From NCBI GenBank assembly GCA_964016885.1, contig OZ024746.1, positions 97,588,001-97,652,000 on the forward strand: a DNA stretch of 64,000 nucleotides, given 5' to 3'. A model generated the notes under the pieces. That model did not search any database. It saw only the letters and a program-made list of their open reading frames with translations, and had not been told where the DNA came from. Positions 39,914 through 52,650 of this stretch are shown here, in pieces (within the stretch, counting starts at the first letter, position 1; each line of letters starts with the position of its first letter). Made by a program: the position numbers and the translations under genes. The stretch is from Eledone cirrhosa (Eukaryota).

Positions 39914-40184
39914 TTAAAGAGGAACTGGATGGGTTATATTGTGGCACTAACACTACACAAGAGAGGTTCTTGGATGCTCCTACAGGCTAAAGAGCCCACT
40001 CAAACTCAATATTGTCTGCAGTTTCTCATCATGATTGTAACCTCTGGTGTCTCATCACATTTACTTTTATTACAAATAATAAAACAGTAGAGTGACAGAG
40101 TCGGTAGAGTGTTGGACATGCTTTGTAGCATAGAATTACGACCCTTTATGGTTCAATAAATAAAGTACCAGTAATGCATATTAA

Positions 40185-40550
40185 CCCTTTACCTTTAAAA
40201 TATTACTCTATATTTACTAAGGTATTTTTGTGGTAAAGTCTTTGTTTCACATAATTATCTCACATTACATCAAATCTATGAGATTTTGATATTATTTTGG
40301 TGAATTGGCAGTATCGGTAGAGGGTTGGACGCCATGCTTTGATGCATAGAGTTATGGCCCTTGCTATTCTGAGTTCAAATCCCGCCGAGGTTAACTTTGC
40401 TTTTCATCCTTACGGGGTCGATAAAATAAAGTACCAGTAATGCACTGGGTAATTGCTGGCCTTGTGCCAAAAGTAGAAACAATTATTTATTTTGAGAACA
40501 ATACCTTAACATCAGTATAAGCAGCCAGTTATAATTGGTTTGAGCAAAAT
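40185..40550. mobile_element. piggyBac-type MITE interrupted by SINE A (40299-40481), itself within an older SINE A remnant
   Basis: MITE sequence resumes after the SINE with ATTATTT duplicated; older SINE pieces lie at about 40090-40180 and 40550-40580. Confidence 0.75.
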
Positions 40551-41856
40551 TGCTGACCTTGTGCCTAAGACAGAAACCATTATAAATTATAATTCTGAGA
40601 GAACCCAAAAGAAAATACTTGATCCATCTAAAACATTATTTGTAAAAAATTCTTGAGTAGTAATTGTCAAAAATTTTCAAAAGCTTCTGATATTTGATTT
40701 TCTGTGAAACTGAAGTACGATCAGGTCAAGAGTTTTGATAGAAAATAAGAAAAATAATAATTTATTCATTTTAATATTAATAGAAGTATGTACATTCTGA
40801 TTACATATTTTGTATGACTTCTGTTGACTCAGTCAGAGGAAATGAAAGACAGAGGAATTGAAAGAGACAGAGAGGGAGAGTGGGGTTGTCAGAGAGATGG
40901 GCTCAGAGAGAGGAGGTTGTCAGAGAGAGAGAGAGGGGGATGAGAGAGGGCAAAGAGAGGGCAGAGAGAGAGAGAAATATGTGTATAGATGTATCTGTAC
41001 ATAGGAAATTTCTTTATACTGCATTGGATAGATTTCCTCACAAGTTAAAATGAAGAAGGAAATTAAATACTTTAGATTATAATGAGGGCAAGTATGAGTT
41101 TCCTGTACAGCATCTTTTAAAGAAATAATTTCTTTTCTTGTTTTTTGGCTTTCATGATTTGTAAATATTTGTTTTGTTGGTATAAAATAACAATTTGTTT
41201 TAAATAAATGCTATTTCTGATGTGATATAAAAAAGATAAATTTTAATATTAATTCACTTTTGTGAAGTGGTAGACTTAATCCCTGTCTAACTTCACCTAC
41301 TTGCCATTGGGTGCCTTTTGCAGAACTCTTCCTGCTGCAAATATTCAGGCCAAGCCTCCAATGTTGTGCTCCCTTTCTCTCCTTCCTCTCCTATCACAGA
41401 AGCCATGGAAAGGCCCTTCATTCTTCTCTAAATAAAACTGTAAAACAATATATAAAAAAAAGCAGAGAGTACAAATAAATTGCTATGGTCATCACTGGAG
41501 TGACCCCCCCCCCCCCACTGCATTTGGCCCCGGGGCAAATGCCTCTTTTGCTCCCCATTAAATCTAGCCCAGATCACCACCATCAGTTATTGTCTGGTTT
41601 CCCTACTAGCAAGTCTTCAAACTGAGTCAGTACTCAAGCAGGGATACTGACTTCTCAGGTGTGCTGGAGGTCTGCATCTCACTCATACAATCCCATGCTC
41701 TATTGATTGAATTTGATTGTGACACTAGAACTAAGGAGGGTGCTACGCACTTCCTATCTCCAAGCACTTTACAATGTGTACTGAGTGTGTTTATCATGTA
41801 TATCACAAACACTAGGGAGGTTGTCATAATTTTCACTCAAATAACTTTGTATTGTA

Positions 41857-42022
41857 ATAGGGACCCCAGTCCCTATCCTCTCATTTCTACAGGTGAGTAA
41901 ACTGGAACAATGTGAAATAAACTGTCTTGCTCAAGGAAACAACACATCACCCGGTTTGAGAATTGAACTCACAACCTTTCGGTTGCAAGGTCAATGCTCT
42001 AACCACTAAGCCATGTGCCTCC
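41857..42022 (-). mobile_element. SINE family B, head and core
   Basis: Matches the head of 19342-19724. Confidence 0.8.
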
Positions 42023-42045
42023 ATGTAAATATTTAAAGTTATATA

Positions 42046-42418
42046 CCATATTTTGTGGCATCGAAGATGCTACTTTATTCCTAAAATAAGTCTGAAAAAT
42101 CTACCATGCATCCCGAAGGGCGAAAGCTGATTATTATTTTTTTTCAAATAGGGCGGTGAATTGGGAGTATCGGTAGAGGGTCGGACGCCATGCTTTGACG
42201 CATAGAGTTACAGCCCTTACCATTCTGGGTTCAAATCCCGCCAAGGTTAACTTTGCCTTTCATCCTTATGGGGTCGATAAAATAATGTACCAGTAATATA
42301 CTGGGTATTTGCTGGCCTTGTGCCAAAAGTAGAAACAATTATTTTTTTTCAAATTTTTGGTTGTCAAAATTAGGGTGCGTTTTTGAGGACGAAGTGTCTT
42401 GTGCTCCGGGAAATACAG
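42046..42418. mobile_element. Tc1/mariner-pogo MITE with nested SINE A (42151-42337)
   Basis: TA-flanked MITE; the SINE has TSD ATTATTTTTTTTCAAAT. Confidence 0.85.
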
Positions 42419-42821
42419 TATATCTTTTTAGAGTTTTATTTAGAGAAGAGTGAAGGGCAGTATCCATTAGTCTTTCCCTAGCTTCTGTGATAGATAGGAT
42501 AGATAGGAGAGATAGTAGAGGTTAAGTAATCACAATCAAATTCAATCAATAGAGTATGGGATTGTATGAGTGAGATGCAAACCTCCAGCACACCTGAGAA
42601 GTCGGTATCCCTGCTTGAGTACTAAACTAAGAGTAATAAACTAAAAGCAAACAAATCGAAACGAGATCAATGCTATCCATGAACTAAAGTAGATATACAC
42701 TCAATCTTACCCACCAGATACATACCATGCTAGACATAAAGGAAAACCAATCACATCCTTTCGAATGATACCCAAAACACTCCCAGCATAACAACAACAA
42801 AACTGGCAATAAAACCATTAA

Positions 42822-43025
42822 CTCTTTAGCATTTAAACCAGCCATATCCGGCCAGAATTCCCTTATCTCTTTCTGTTCAAATGAGCTATAACTGGCTATA
42901 ACTCATCACACCTACAGATGTTAAGGTATTGTTCTCAAAATAAATAATATCAAAATCTCATAGATTTGATATAATGTGAAATACCACAAAAATACAATAG
43001 TAAATATAGAGTAATGTAAATAGTT
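42822..43025. mobile_element. piggyBac-type MITE
   Basis: Family TIR and internal sequence. Confidence 0.75.
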
Positions 43026-43313
43026 AATGTTTCAAATGCCATATTGATAATGGTTTCTGATTTAGGCACAAGGCCAGCAGTTTGAAGGGAAGAGAAAAAT
43101 CTACTAAATTGACCCCAGTTCATTACTGGTACTTTATTTTATCGACCCTGTAAGGATGAAAGGCAAAGTTAACCTCGGTAGGATAAAAAAAACAGAAAGT
43201 AAAGGGCCGTAACTCTATGCTACTCAGCGTGTTGTCTGGCGCCCTACTGATACTAATAATGACAAAGTTATTCTACTTAATTTCTCTATATTGTTCATTA
43301 TTTAATAAAAACG

Positions 43314-43500
43314 TGCGGTGAATTGGCAGTATCGGTAGAGGGTCGGATGCCATGCTTTGTAACATTGAGTTACGGTCCTTTCCATTCTGAGTTCAAATCC
43401 TGCCGAGGTTAACTTTGCCTTTCGTCCTTACGAGGTCGATAAAATAAAGTACCAGTAATGCACTGGGTAATTGCTGGCCTTGTGAAAAAAAGTAGAAACA
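43314..43500 (+). mobile_element. SINE family A
   Basis: Full consensus; TSD ATTATTTAATAAAAA. Confidence 0.85.
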
Positions 43501-44296
43501 ATTATTTAATAAAAATAATTGAAAATCATGAGCAATGTTTTTCATTATAAATATAGTCATGAAGGGTTTAATCTGTTAGACACGCAGCGACTAACAACAG
43601 AATGTTTTAAGTCTGTGTGTCTGACATATATGCGTAGCTTGTGAATAAAAAAATTCAAGGGATGTCGCTGGCCGTGGTGATCGTCAAACATGTTTTGTAA
43701 TGTATTGTCTTATTGGCTAATCAACCAATGAGAGTAATTGTTGCTCAAAAGCATACTCCGTTTTGTTTGCAAGTTTATTTATCTTTTCACTTTCGGATCT
43801 TCCTTCTGTATTTCGTTGTTTATCATCAAAATATTTTTCTCGTTTTGGTAAGTTATATTGTTAATTTATACATGATTTTTTAAATTATATTAACTATTTT
43901 TTTTTTCAGTTCGTTATAACATACTTATAATATTGGTTGTATCATATTTACTTGTATATTTGTCAATATTATTGTTCGTATTATGTTAGATTATTTTATT
44001 ATTATTATGTTAGATTATTTTTTTATTATTATGTTAGACTATTTGTATGTAATATTTAATTTTTATTAATTGAACTATAACAAATATTATGTAAAATATA
44101 TTTATTTAATATTGTTTTTTTGTAGTTGTTTATATTAAAAGTCTGAAAATATTTTTATACATCTTATAATAATATTTATAAGATCATTTATAAAATAACA
44201 ATTATATAATCTAATTACATTATAACGATGATTTATTATTAATATATATCATGTTTAACTAGAGTTATTACAAGCGTTACTTTAAAAAAATATTAA

Positions 44297-44892
44297 ACTA
44301 GACCTGAAAAATACGCAAGCTCAAAAGAGCCGCAGAATGTTATAATAAACCTTCAAAAGTGTGGGACTAGAGTTGTTGCTCAAAAATATTGTAATCATTA
44401 TCTATCGTACATACATAAAGGGCGGTGGATTGGCAGTATCAGTAGAGGGTCGGACGCCATGCTTTCCAGCATAGTTACGTCCCTTTACGATCTGAGTTCA
44501 AATCCCACCGAGATTGACTTTGCCTTTCATCCTTACGGGGTCGATAAAATAAAGTACCAGTAATGCACTGGGTATTTGCTGGCCTTGTGCCTAAAGTAGA
44601 AACAATTATCTATCGTACATACTGTGGCATCATTTATAAAAATATCACAATAAATACATCTAGAGTGTACGATAGATAATTGTTTCTACTTTAGGCACAA
44701 GGTCAGCAAATACCCAGTACATTACTGGTACTTTATTTTATCGACCCCATAAGGATGAAAGGCAAAGTTAACCTCGGCGTACAATAGATAATGATTACAA
44801 TATTTTTGAGCAACAACACTAGTCCCACACTTTTGAAGGATTATTATAACATTCTGTGGCTCTTTTGAGCTTGAGCATTTTTCAGGTCTAGT
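44297..44892. mobile_element. Foldback/MITE-like element with 114-bp inverted arms and two nested SINE A insertions
   Basis: Arms 44297-44410 / 44779-44892; SINE A at 44420-44604 (+, full length) and 44681-44778 (-, 5'-truncated). Confidence 0.8.
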
Positions 44893-45187
44893 GATAAATA
44901 GTTAACATGTCTTCTTCTCCTCCTTCTTCATCTTCTTCTTCGTGCACTTATTCCTGAGAGGGTGGTGGGGCAGTGTCATCAAACACTCCTTCCAGCAGGT
45001 CCTGTCAGAAGCAACCATCTCCAAATATATTTGATTAAAGTAATTCTACATATTCCACCTGTAACACTTAATGGAGGTGTAGTGTTACTCCAGTGACATG
45101 CTGTTTCTTGGGCCATTAAAACCTGGTGGAAGCCATCCCTTCTCCATGTCAGAACATAGCTGGGTTTTTCCAGAGAGGTGAGAAAGG

Positions 45188-45312
45188 GATAGATAGAGAG
45201 GAAGTAAGAGATAGAGAGGAAGTAAGAGATAGAGAGGAAGTAAGAGATAGAGAGGAAGTAAGAGATAGAGAGGAAGTAAGAGATAGAGAGGAAGTAAGAG
45301 ATAGAGAGGAAG
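45188..45312. repeat. 18-bp tandem repeat
   Basis: GATAGAGAGGAAGTAAGA, about 7 units. Confidence 0.95.
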
Positions 45313-45414
45313 AGACAACCCCAGTAGTGACATAGCATTTCTAGAGTATTTTTGAAACTTGACAGAGCCCATCTCCTCTCCAGGCCTGAGTGCAGCAGAT
45401 TTCTTGAAGAGAAG

Positions 45415-45990
45415 GATAGAGAGAGTGAGAGAAAGGAAGTGATAGAGAGACTGAGAGAAAGGAAGTGATAGAGAGAGTGAGAGAAAGGAAGTGATAGAGA
45501 GACTGAGAGAAAGGAAGTGATAGAGAGACTAAGAGAAAGGAAGTGATAGAGAGAGTGAGAGAAAGGAAGTGATAGAGAGTGAGAGAAAGGAAGTGATAGA
45601 GAGACTGAGAGAAAGGAAGTGATAGAGAGACTAAGAGAAAGGAAGTGATAGAGAGAGTGAGAGAAAGGAAGTGATAGAGAGACTGAGAGAAAGGAAGTGA
45701 TAGAGAGACTAAGAGAAAGGAAGTGATAGAGAGAGTGAGAGAAAGGAAGTGATAGAGAGACTGAGAGAAAGGAAGTGATAGAGAGACTGAGAGAAAGGAA
45801 GTGATAGAGAGACTGAGAGAAAGGAAGTGATAGATAGACTGAGAGAAAGGAAGTGATAGAGAGACTAAGAGAAAGGAAGTGAGAGAGAGACTGAGAGAAA
45901 GGAAGTGATAGAGAGACTGAGAGAAAGGAAGTGATAGAGAGACTGAGAGAAAAAGTGATAGAGAGACTAAGAGAAAAGAAGTGAGAGATA
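45415..45990. repeat. 26-bp purine-rich minisatellite
   Basis: GAGAGAAAGGAAGTGATAGAGAGACT, about 22 units. Confidence 0.95.
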
Positions 45991-47496
45991 TAGAGGGAGA
46001 ATCCACCCCAGTACTTGACTGGTAATTTTTTTTATCAACCATGAATGGATGAAAGGCAAAGTTGACCTCAGTGGGATTAAAATTCAGAGCACAGAGAACC
46101 AGAACAAATACTACAAAACATTCTATCCAACATTTTAACGAGTCTGCCAATTTTCTATTTTTCAAAACTCTGTAAATTAATCTGCTGTTTTTTTTTTAAG
46201 AAGCCCTATCATACACAAGATATCAATGGCAGAAGTTATGATGAAATACAAATATTTTTTAATTAAACTTTTTGACATGCTTTGAATTGTATAGAAAACC
46301 AAGTTGCAGTAAAAATAAAAGAATGATATCTTTCTATTTTAATCTTTTCATTACCATATTTCCATAAAGATACAGCCAATGGTTTTCAAATGATTTTAGA
46401 AATAAATGAAACATTTGGAGTGATTAAGTAATATAGCTTTCTCATTATTAAGCTGGTGTTTGAAGTATAAGTTAAAGATCCATCATCATCATTTAATGTC
46501 CATTATCTATGCTAGCATGGGAGGACATACTGTCTCACTGTGAGAAATCTAGGTTGGGGTATCATGTTTTGTTCATACAGAACTGATTTGGGCTTGGTTT
46601 ATATAAATGGATGCTCTTCCTATCGCCAACCACATTTACAATGTGTACTGGATGTGTTTTGTCATGAAACCTGCATGATCACTTTACAGTGTGGGCTGGG
46701 CACATTTTATCGTGACTCCTGCACAACCGCTTTACAGTGTGGGCTGGTTGCTTTTTGTTGTGACACCTACACGACCAGTTTACAGTTTGGGCTGAGCACT
46801 TTTTGTTGTGACACCTACACAACTACTTTACAGTGTGGATTGGGCACTTTTTGTCGTGGTTTCAGGATGACCATTTTAAGGTGAGGATTGGGGACTTGGG
46901 TGGGAGAGATGCATGAGGAATTGGGGATGTAGATATAGGGATGGGGGTCATTACAGCGAGGGAGGTGTATGGGAAAGGTGATGAGAGGGAAGATGGTGCA
47001 TACTAGAATTCTTTCATAAAATTATGGTGGAAAGTTTTTAAACACTTTAAAACATATAAGTATGAGTATTTTGTATATCTAGCGATATACGGTATGTTTA
47101 CAAATAAACATTTGAAAGCCTTTAACTATGAGTTTGGAAACTGATGATGTAGCACCATCTAGCAGATTCCAGCAGAAGCAAGGGTGGGTAACTGTCAACA
47201 ACAAAAATAGTTTCTAACTTTGGTCATTATCAAAACAATGCTCCCTTATCCTGCTCTCTGCTGGAACTCAATATAGGCGGAAATATATAGTTTTTACACC
47301 TTTTTTCATAGAACCTGTGGCAGCCTCAGGTGGTTTGGCATCAAAGGTTTTATAGATTTATATCTAGCAAATCAGTGTATCAACTGAAGAATACAATACA
47401 TAGATATGTTATTTTAATACATTTTAAAATCTATTTATATATATGTATCCAGTTTAGAATAGTACCCTCTATCCCTGCAAGAATAGTACACTCTAA

Positions 47497-47707
47497 CTCT
47501 TTAGTATTTAAACCGGCCAGAAATTTCTCACCACTTTCTGTTCAAACTGGCCATAACCGGCCACTCACACAGAAATTAAGGTATCTTTCTCGAAATAAAT
47601 AATATCAAAATCTCATAGATTCGATATTATGAGAGATAATTATGTAAGGTAAAGCCTTTACTGTAAAAATACAATAGTAAATATAGAGTAATTCAAATTC
47701 TAAAGGG
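47497..47707. mobile_element. piggyBac-type MITE
   Basis: Family sequence ending TAAAGGG|TTAA. Confidence 0.8.
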
Positions 47708-47911
47708 TTAAGATGCAACAAAAAGTATGGCACTAGGAAAGACATTTAGCTGTAAAACATTGGCTGAAAAAGTCCTGTCTAGCCCATAGCTGCATGTAAA
47801 AGCTGAGGTAAAAATGATGATGATGATGATGATATAGTAGCTTTCAAGCTACAGCAGAAAGAAAGAAAAACAAAGAGCAAAGATTAAACTGAATGTTGAA
47901 ATTATGAATTA

Positions 47912-48770
47912 ACTAGCTCACGTACCCAGCTTCACCTGGGTAAACAGATGATAAGAGAAGACAGGTAAAAGAGAAAATGACTGTATTGGATGTTTGTCTG
48001 GTTACAGTATGAGGCGAGTCCGTGGTGTCTGTGTGATACAAAAAACAGTAAAAAAAATCTTCCAGATATACCAGATTCTTCGTTGTACCGTTTGTGCATA
48101 GTGTATAAACAATTCTAGGTGTTCCCACCTAGAATAGTGACCTCTAGGAGATGGTTCATCTTCTGCCTGACTGTAAAACGTGTATCATTGCATAGACGTG
48201 GTTGTTCCACGTTTCTCAAAAGGATGATGGAAGTTCCAATCTTTTATATTATATGTAGATATAGATATAGATAATTAATATAAAAGATGATGCTCAGCCA
48301 GTTCGTCTTCAACCATCGCAGCACGCCGTCGCTGCTTGGCTCCAGTGTTTCGTTGGCGTTGTTCAGCCAGCTCCTCTTCATTCATGGTGGCACGTCTTCG
48401 CCTCTGAAGTTCAGCATTCCGATGGTGCTGCTCGGCCCGTTTTTCTTCATTGCTAGCTGCACGCCGTCGCCACTGTAGTTCACTGTTTAATAAAGTCGAA
48501 TTGCTTTTACTTTCTGTGGAACGCTGCACGCACGCACACACACATAAACATACCCGCACATACATACACACGCACACATGGTAATAGTTACAGCATTCAC
48601 TTTGCCTCTCTGTTTCTTACTCTCCCGTCTCACTCCCTCATTGGCATTATGCATATTAATTTAAGTTTGGCGTTGTTGAGGTGGCCAGAGTCGTTTGAAA
48701 CCTATGAACCAATGATAATCGAGAATTATGACACACGGAATACTGACATTGTTGAAATTAATATATAGAT
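47912..48770. mobile_element. Helitron/Helentron-like non-autonomous remnant
   Basis: One end is ACTAGCTCACGTACCCAGCTTCACCTGGG (subterminal hairpin CCCAG/CTGGG) and the other AATATATAGAT. Internal minus-strand ORF 48275-48577 has ~23-aa Arg/Glu repeats resembling RepHel N-terminal (STPR-like) repeats. Confidence 0.55.
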
Positions 48771-50435
48771 GTGTAAAAGGTTATGTATTGAATGGGACAC
48801 ATCATCATCATCCCATTTTACATCCATTCTTCCACACTAGCATGGGCTAGACGTGTTTTCCTGTTGTGGGCAGTGCCTGGTCAGCTGACCTTGTCTTGCT
48901 TATATGGGAACTGATTGTGGCATGATTTCTACAGTTGGATGCCTTCCTAACACCAACCTCATTTACAGTGAGTGCTGGGTGCTTTTTTTTCCGTGGCGCC
49001 TACACAACCACTTTACAGTGTGGGCTGGGTGCTTTTTTGCCGTGGGAGGGGGTGAGGGAATATTGCCTATATGCTTCAGCTTCGGCTTGTACCCGTGGGA
49101 AGTCAGGCCGTATCCTTAATTCATTTCCTAAGCTGAATCAGTAAAACAATAAATGACACAAGTCTTGGGCTCACCCAAAACTATGGTAAAGACATTTGCT
49201 CAAGCTGTCATGCAATGAGATCAAACCAGGAATCTCATAATTGTGAAATGAAATACATTACCACTCAGCCATGCCTGTGTCCACAATTTTCACTCTTTGG
49301 GGATTAGCATGATATCATAAATATTTCATTTCCTTTTCCTTATCCTTTCTCTATTGCCTTATTCTAACCATATATATACAAAATTATAAAGCAACATTGA
49401 GGGAAATGTATTGAGATATAAATGATTAAAAAAAATGTATTCTCATTGTTTGTCACAATGTTAAAGCAATATCCAATTTACATGTGGTTTCAGATATTTT
49501 ACAAATTTAGAATCATGCAACAAAATGGCAGTAGAAAAATAGCAACACAATATTAGATTGAGAGAGATTATTTAGATAACTAAAACTACATTGTTTACAA
49601 CACTGAATCAAAATTGACCTCATTGATCTTGAGCATGGAAAGATGAATCAATGATCTGAACTTAGTACATTAACAAAATAAACTTTAGATTTAGCCATTT
49701 TGATAAAGAACCCACATGAAACTGCCACTGGTTCTATGATATAATACTGTTTATTTTAAAGTATATATATTTATCTAAGAAAAATTCCATTATGATTTTA
49801 TGTAAGAACTTTTGTTAAATTATGTTCCAAACATGATATTATTGAATCCCTCCAATTTGTTGATTATTCTCAAAATAATTTGTAAATCATATGCATTATT
49901 CCACTTTAGAAATGTGCTAATGAAAGGGTTAACACAATTCATTTCTAAAATATACTTTTTCCTTTTTAGTGAATGAAAATTCATAATAATATTGAACTGA
50001 GAAGAAACCAATAAAAATAGATGCTGCAAACAAAAACACAAACACACAAAAAAAACACAATCATATTTTTCTCTTTCAAAACAATTGAATTTTGCCTTAT
50101 TATATTTTCTGCAATTCAAGTGGAAATCAATGCAAACTTTAATATGTTTTATTCCAAGACAATTGTGAAAAGAATGAATACAAATAGTGGCATATTTGGA
50201 GAACCAAGTTTCTTGAATAAGGATTGAACAGGTTTGTGTAATATTCAAAAGTTTAAATGAGAAGCAAATTATGTTTGAATTGTTTTCATAATTAACCAAC
50301 AAAAGTGGCCACAGTTTGCTTCATACACATTCACAATTAAATAAGAACAGCAAATATTCAAAGTTTAATCAATTCTTGGAAGTAATATTTGGCAGGACTA
50401 TTAAAAGAATGAGTGGTGGCATGGCTGTATGATTA

Positions 50436-50644
50436 ATTCTTTAGCATTAAACCAGCCATATCTTGCCAGAATTCTCTCAACTCTTTCTGTTCAAACTGGC
50501 CATAACCTGCCACTTATACTGATGTTACGGTATTGTTCTCAAAATAAATAATATCAAAATCTCATAGATTCAATATCATGTGAAATAATTATGTAAGATA
50601 AAGCCTTCACTCTGAAAATACAATAGTAAATATAGAGTAAAGGG
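50436..50644. mobile_element. piggyBac-type MITE inserted in a SINE head
   Basis: TTAA-flanked; TGGCATGGCTGTATGA|TTAA precedes it and AGTGTCTGCTTC follows. Confidence 0.75.
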
Positions 50645-50763
50645 TTAAAGTGTCTGCTTCAAAATAATGGGATTTCAATTTCAGCCTCACTGCATGATAC
50701 TTTGGGTATATATCTTTTACTATAGCCTCAGTCAACCAACATTTTTGCAATTATATTTCTAAT

Positions 50764-51141
50764 GCATTGGCCTTGTAATCGAAAGGTTGTGAGTTCAATT
50801 CTCAGACCAGGTGATGTGTTGTTTCCTTGAGCAAGACACTTTATTTCACATTGTTCCAGTTTACTCAACTGTAAAAATGAGATGATAGGACTGGGTTCCA
50901 TATCATTCCACTGCAAAGTGGTCGTGGAGGTGCCACGGCAAAAAAGCACCCAGCCCACACTGTAAAGTAGATGAGTAGGTGCCACGGCAAAAAGAGCACC
51001 CAGCACTCACTGTAAATGAGATTGGTGTAAGAAAGGGCATCCAGCTGTAGAAATCAAGCCAGAATCAAGCCAGTTCCCATCCCACCCTTGCAAGCAGGAA
51101 AAAGCGGATGTAAAATGATGATGACGATGATGATGATGATG
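50764..51141 (+). mobile_element. SINE family B (5'-clipped) with RTE-2 tail
   Basis: B box, core, body and (ATG)n tail. Confidence 0.85.
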
Positions 51142-52161
51142 AATGAAACATATTATCTGTGATCTTCAATTCTTAAAATAATCAAATTTTTATATCTTTG
51201 GGAGCGAGGAATGGTAACATAACTCACGTTTTCATTAACAAGTTGGTGAGTATGACTTAACTTAATAGCTTCTTATCATCATCATCATCATCATCATCAT
51301 TTTATGCTCGCTTTTCCCTGATTGCAAGGGTGGTACGAGCCCTATTCAGCACAGCATCTCTCCATTCATCACGGTCCTACATCATCTCTGAGAGCTTCAG
51401 CAATCTGTGGTCAGCTCTCACCAACTCCACCCATGATTTTCGTGGTCTTCCTCTACTGCATCTTCCTTCCACTGTGATTTCTTGGCACTTCTTTACCCAA
51501 ATGGGTTTTGATCATAGAACTAAGACCAGTTTCAAGAAGATATGTTAAATCAATCATTCCTAAACTTTAGCTTGATCATCATCATCGTTTGACATGCATT
51601 TTCCATGCTAGCATGGGTCAGATGGGTTGTCTCATTTGTGGTATGTTGCATAAGGTGACTGTGTTTTACTCAATAAGTTACAGTTTCATTTACAACAAAA
51701 TCTATTGAAATAAATTATCAAAGAAACTTCTTAATATCAGTCCTATATATTTTCTCATTTGGAGATTTATGGCATTTTGGTAAATATGGCAATCAAGAGA
51801 ATAATGTTATTAAGTAGCTATATCCACTCTGCAAACTGTTAGGAAGGAATCCTATTGTAGAACATATGCTTCTTCTTTCTTCTTTTCGTATCTTCGAAAC
51901 ATGTGGTTATATGACAGTTTCCCATTTCTTTACACAGTCCTTTGCATTATTATTAAATTCTGCGAGATCTAATAAAACTAATAAAAAGGATTCTTCAGTT
52001 GGATTAAGAGGTTCCTACTGAGTGTATGTTTGAGTCCATGCACAAGGGGTGGCGGGTATTCTATATTACTGCATAGCACCAAAGATCTCAATCCTGTGCA
52101 ATTGTCTTTGAGAGATGCAAGTGTGCAAGTCACCATTTATTGCCTGGCCCCAGTGTATGTG

Positions 52162-52195
<34 letters not shown>

Positions 52196-52244
52196 TGTGC
52201 ATACATACATACATATATGTATATATATACACAAATATATATAC

Positions 52245-52294
<50 letters not shown>

Positions 52295-52441
52295 TATTTT
52301 CCGTTGTGTTGTAATATAAATATTACACACAGTAGATTGACAGCTCACGTAGAGTTTGCTCGACGGTTCCAGTTGTAGTTCCAAAAGTAATCCGGAGAAA
52401 AATAGAAAGATTTGAATGGATACAGTTTAGTTGAAAGGAAT

Positions 52442-52562
52442 TTATTGACACGTGTTTCTATAACAGTTACATAACCTGAAAACAGCTGCTATCTACAAAG
52501 TATTAGTTATGCAGATATTCAATATTTCAATGTTATTATTTACTGTCATTTCATCAGAATAA
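52442..52562 (-). ncRNA. Type I hammerhead ribozyme motif (mirror copy)
   Basis: Reverse-complement arm of 52651-52771. Confidence 0.72.
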
Positions 52563-52650
52563 TATTACTGAGGACCTGTTTGGTTTTTATAGAGAATATT
52601 AGGAGGGAGGGGTGAAGTTGTTAGAAGAATAGTTGAGGTCCTCAGTAATA

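Larger units (their letters stand above)
41629..42623. repeat. 94-bp inverted repeat pair (41629-41722 / 42530-42623)
   Basis: Arms are reverse complements with about 3 mismatches; the spacer contains a SINE B and a MITE. Confidence 0.9.

Noticed and set aside
42711-42729. Possible minus-strand micro-exon (TAG|CATGGTATGTATCTGGTGG|GTAAG)
   Set aside because: 19 nt is not frame-preserving and such motifs occur by chance; no supporting evidence.
49820-50302. 160-aa AT-rich ORF and similar short ORFs
   Set aside because: No recognisable motifs or splice structure; consistent with random ORFs in AT-rich intron sequence.
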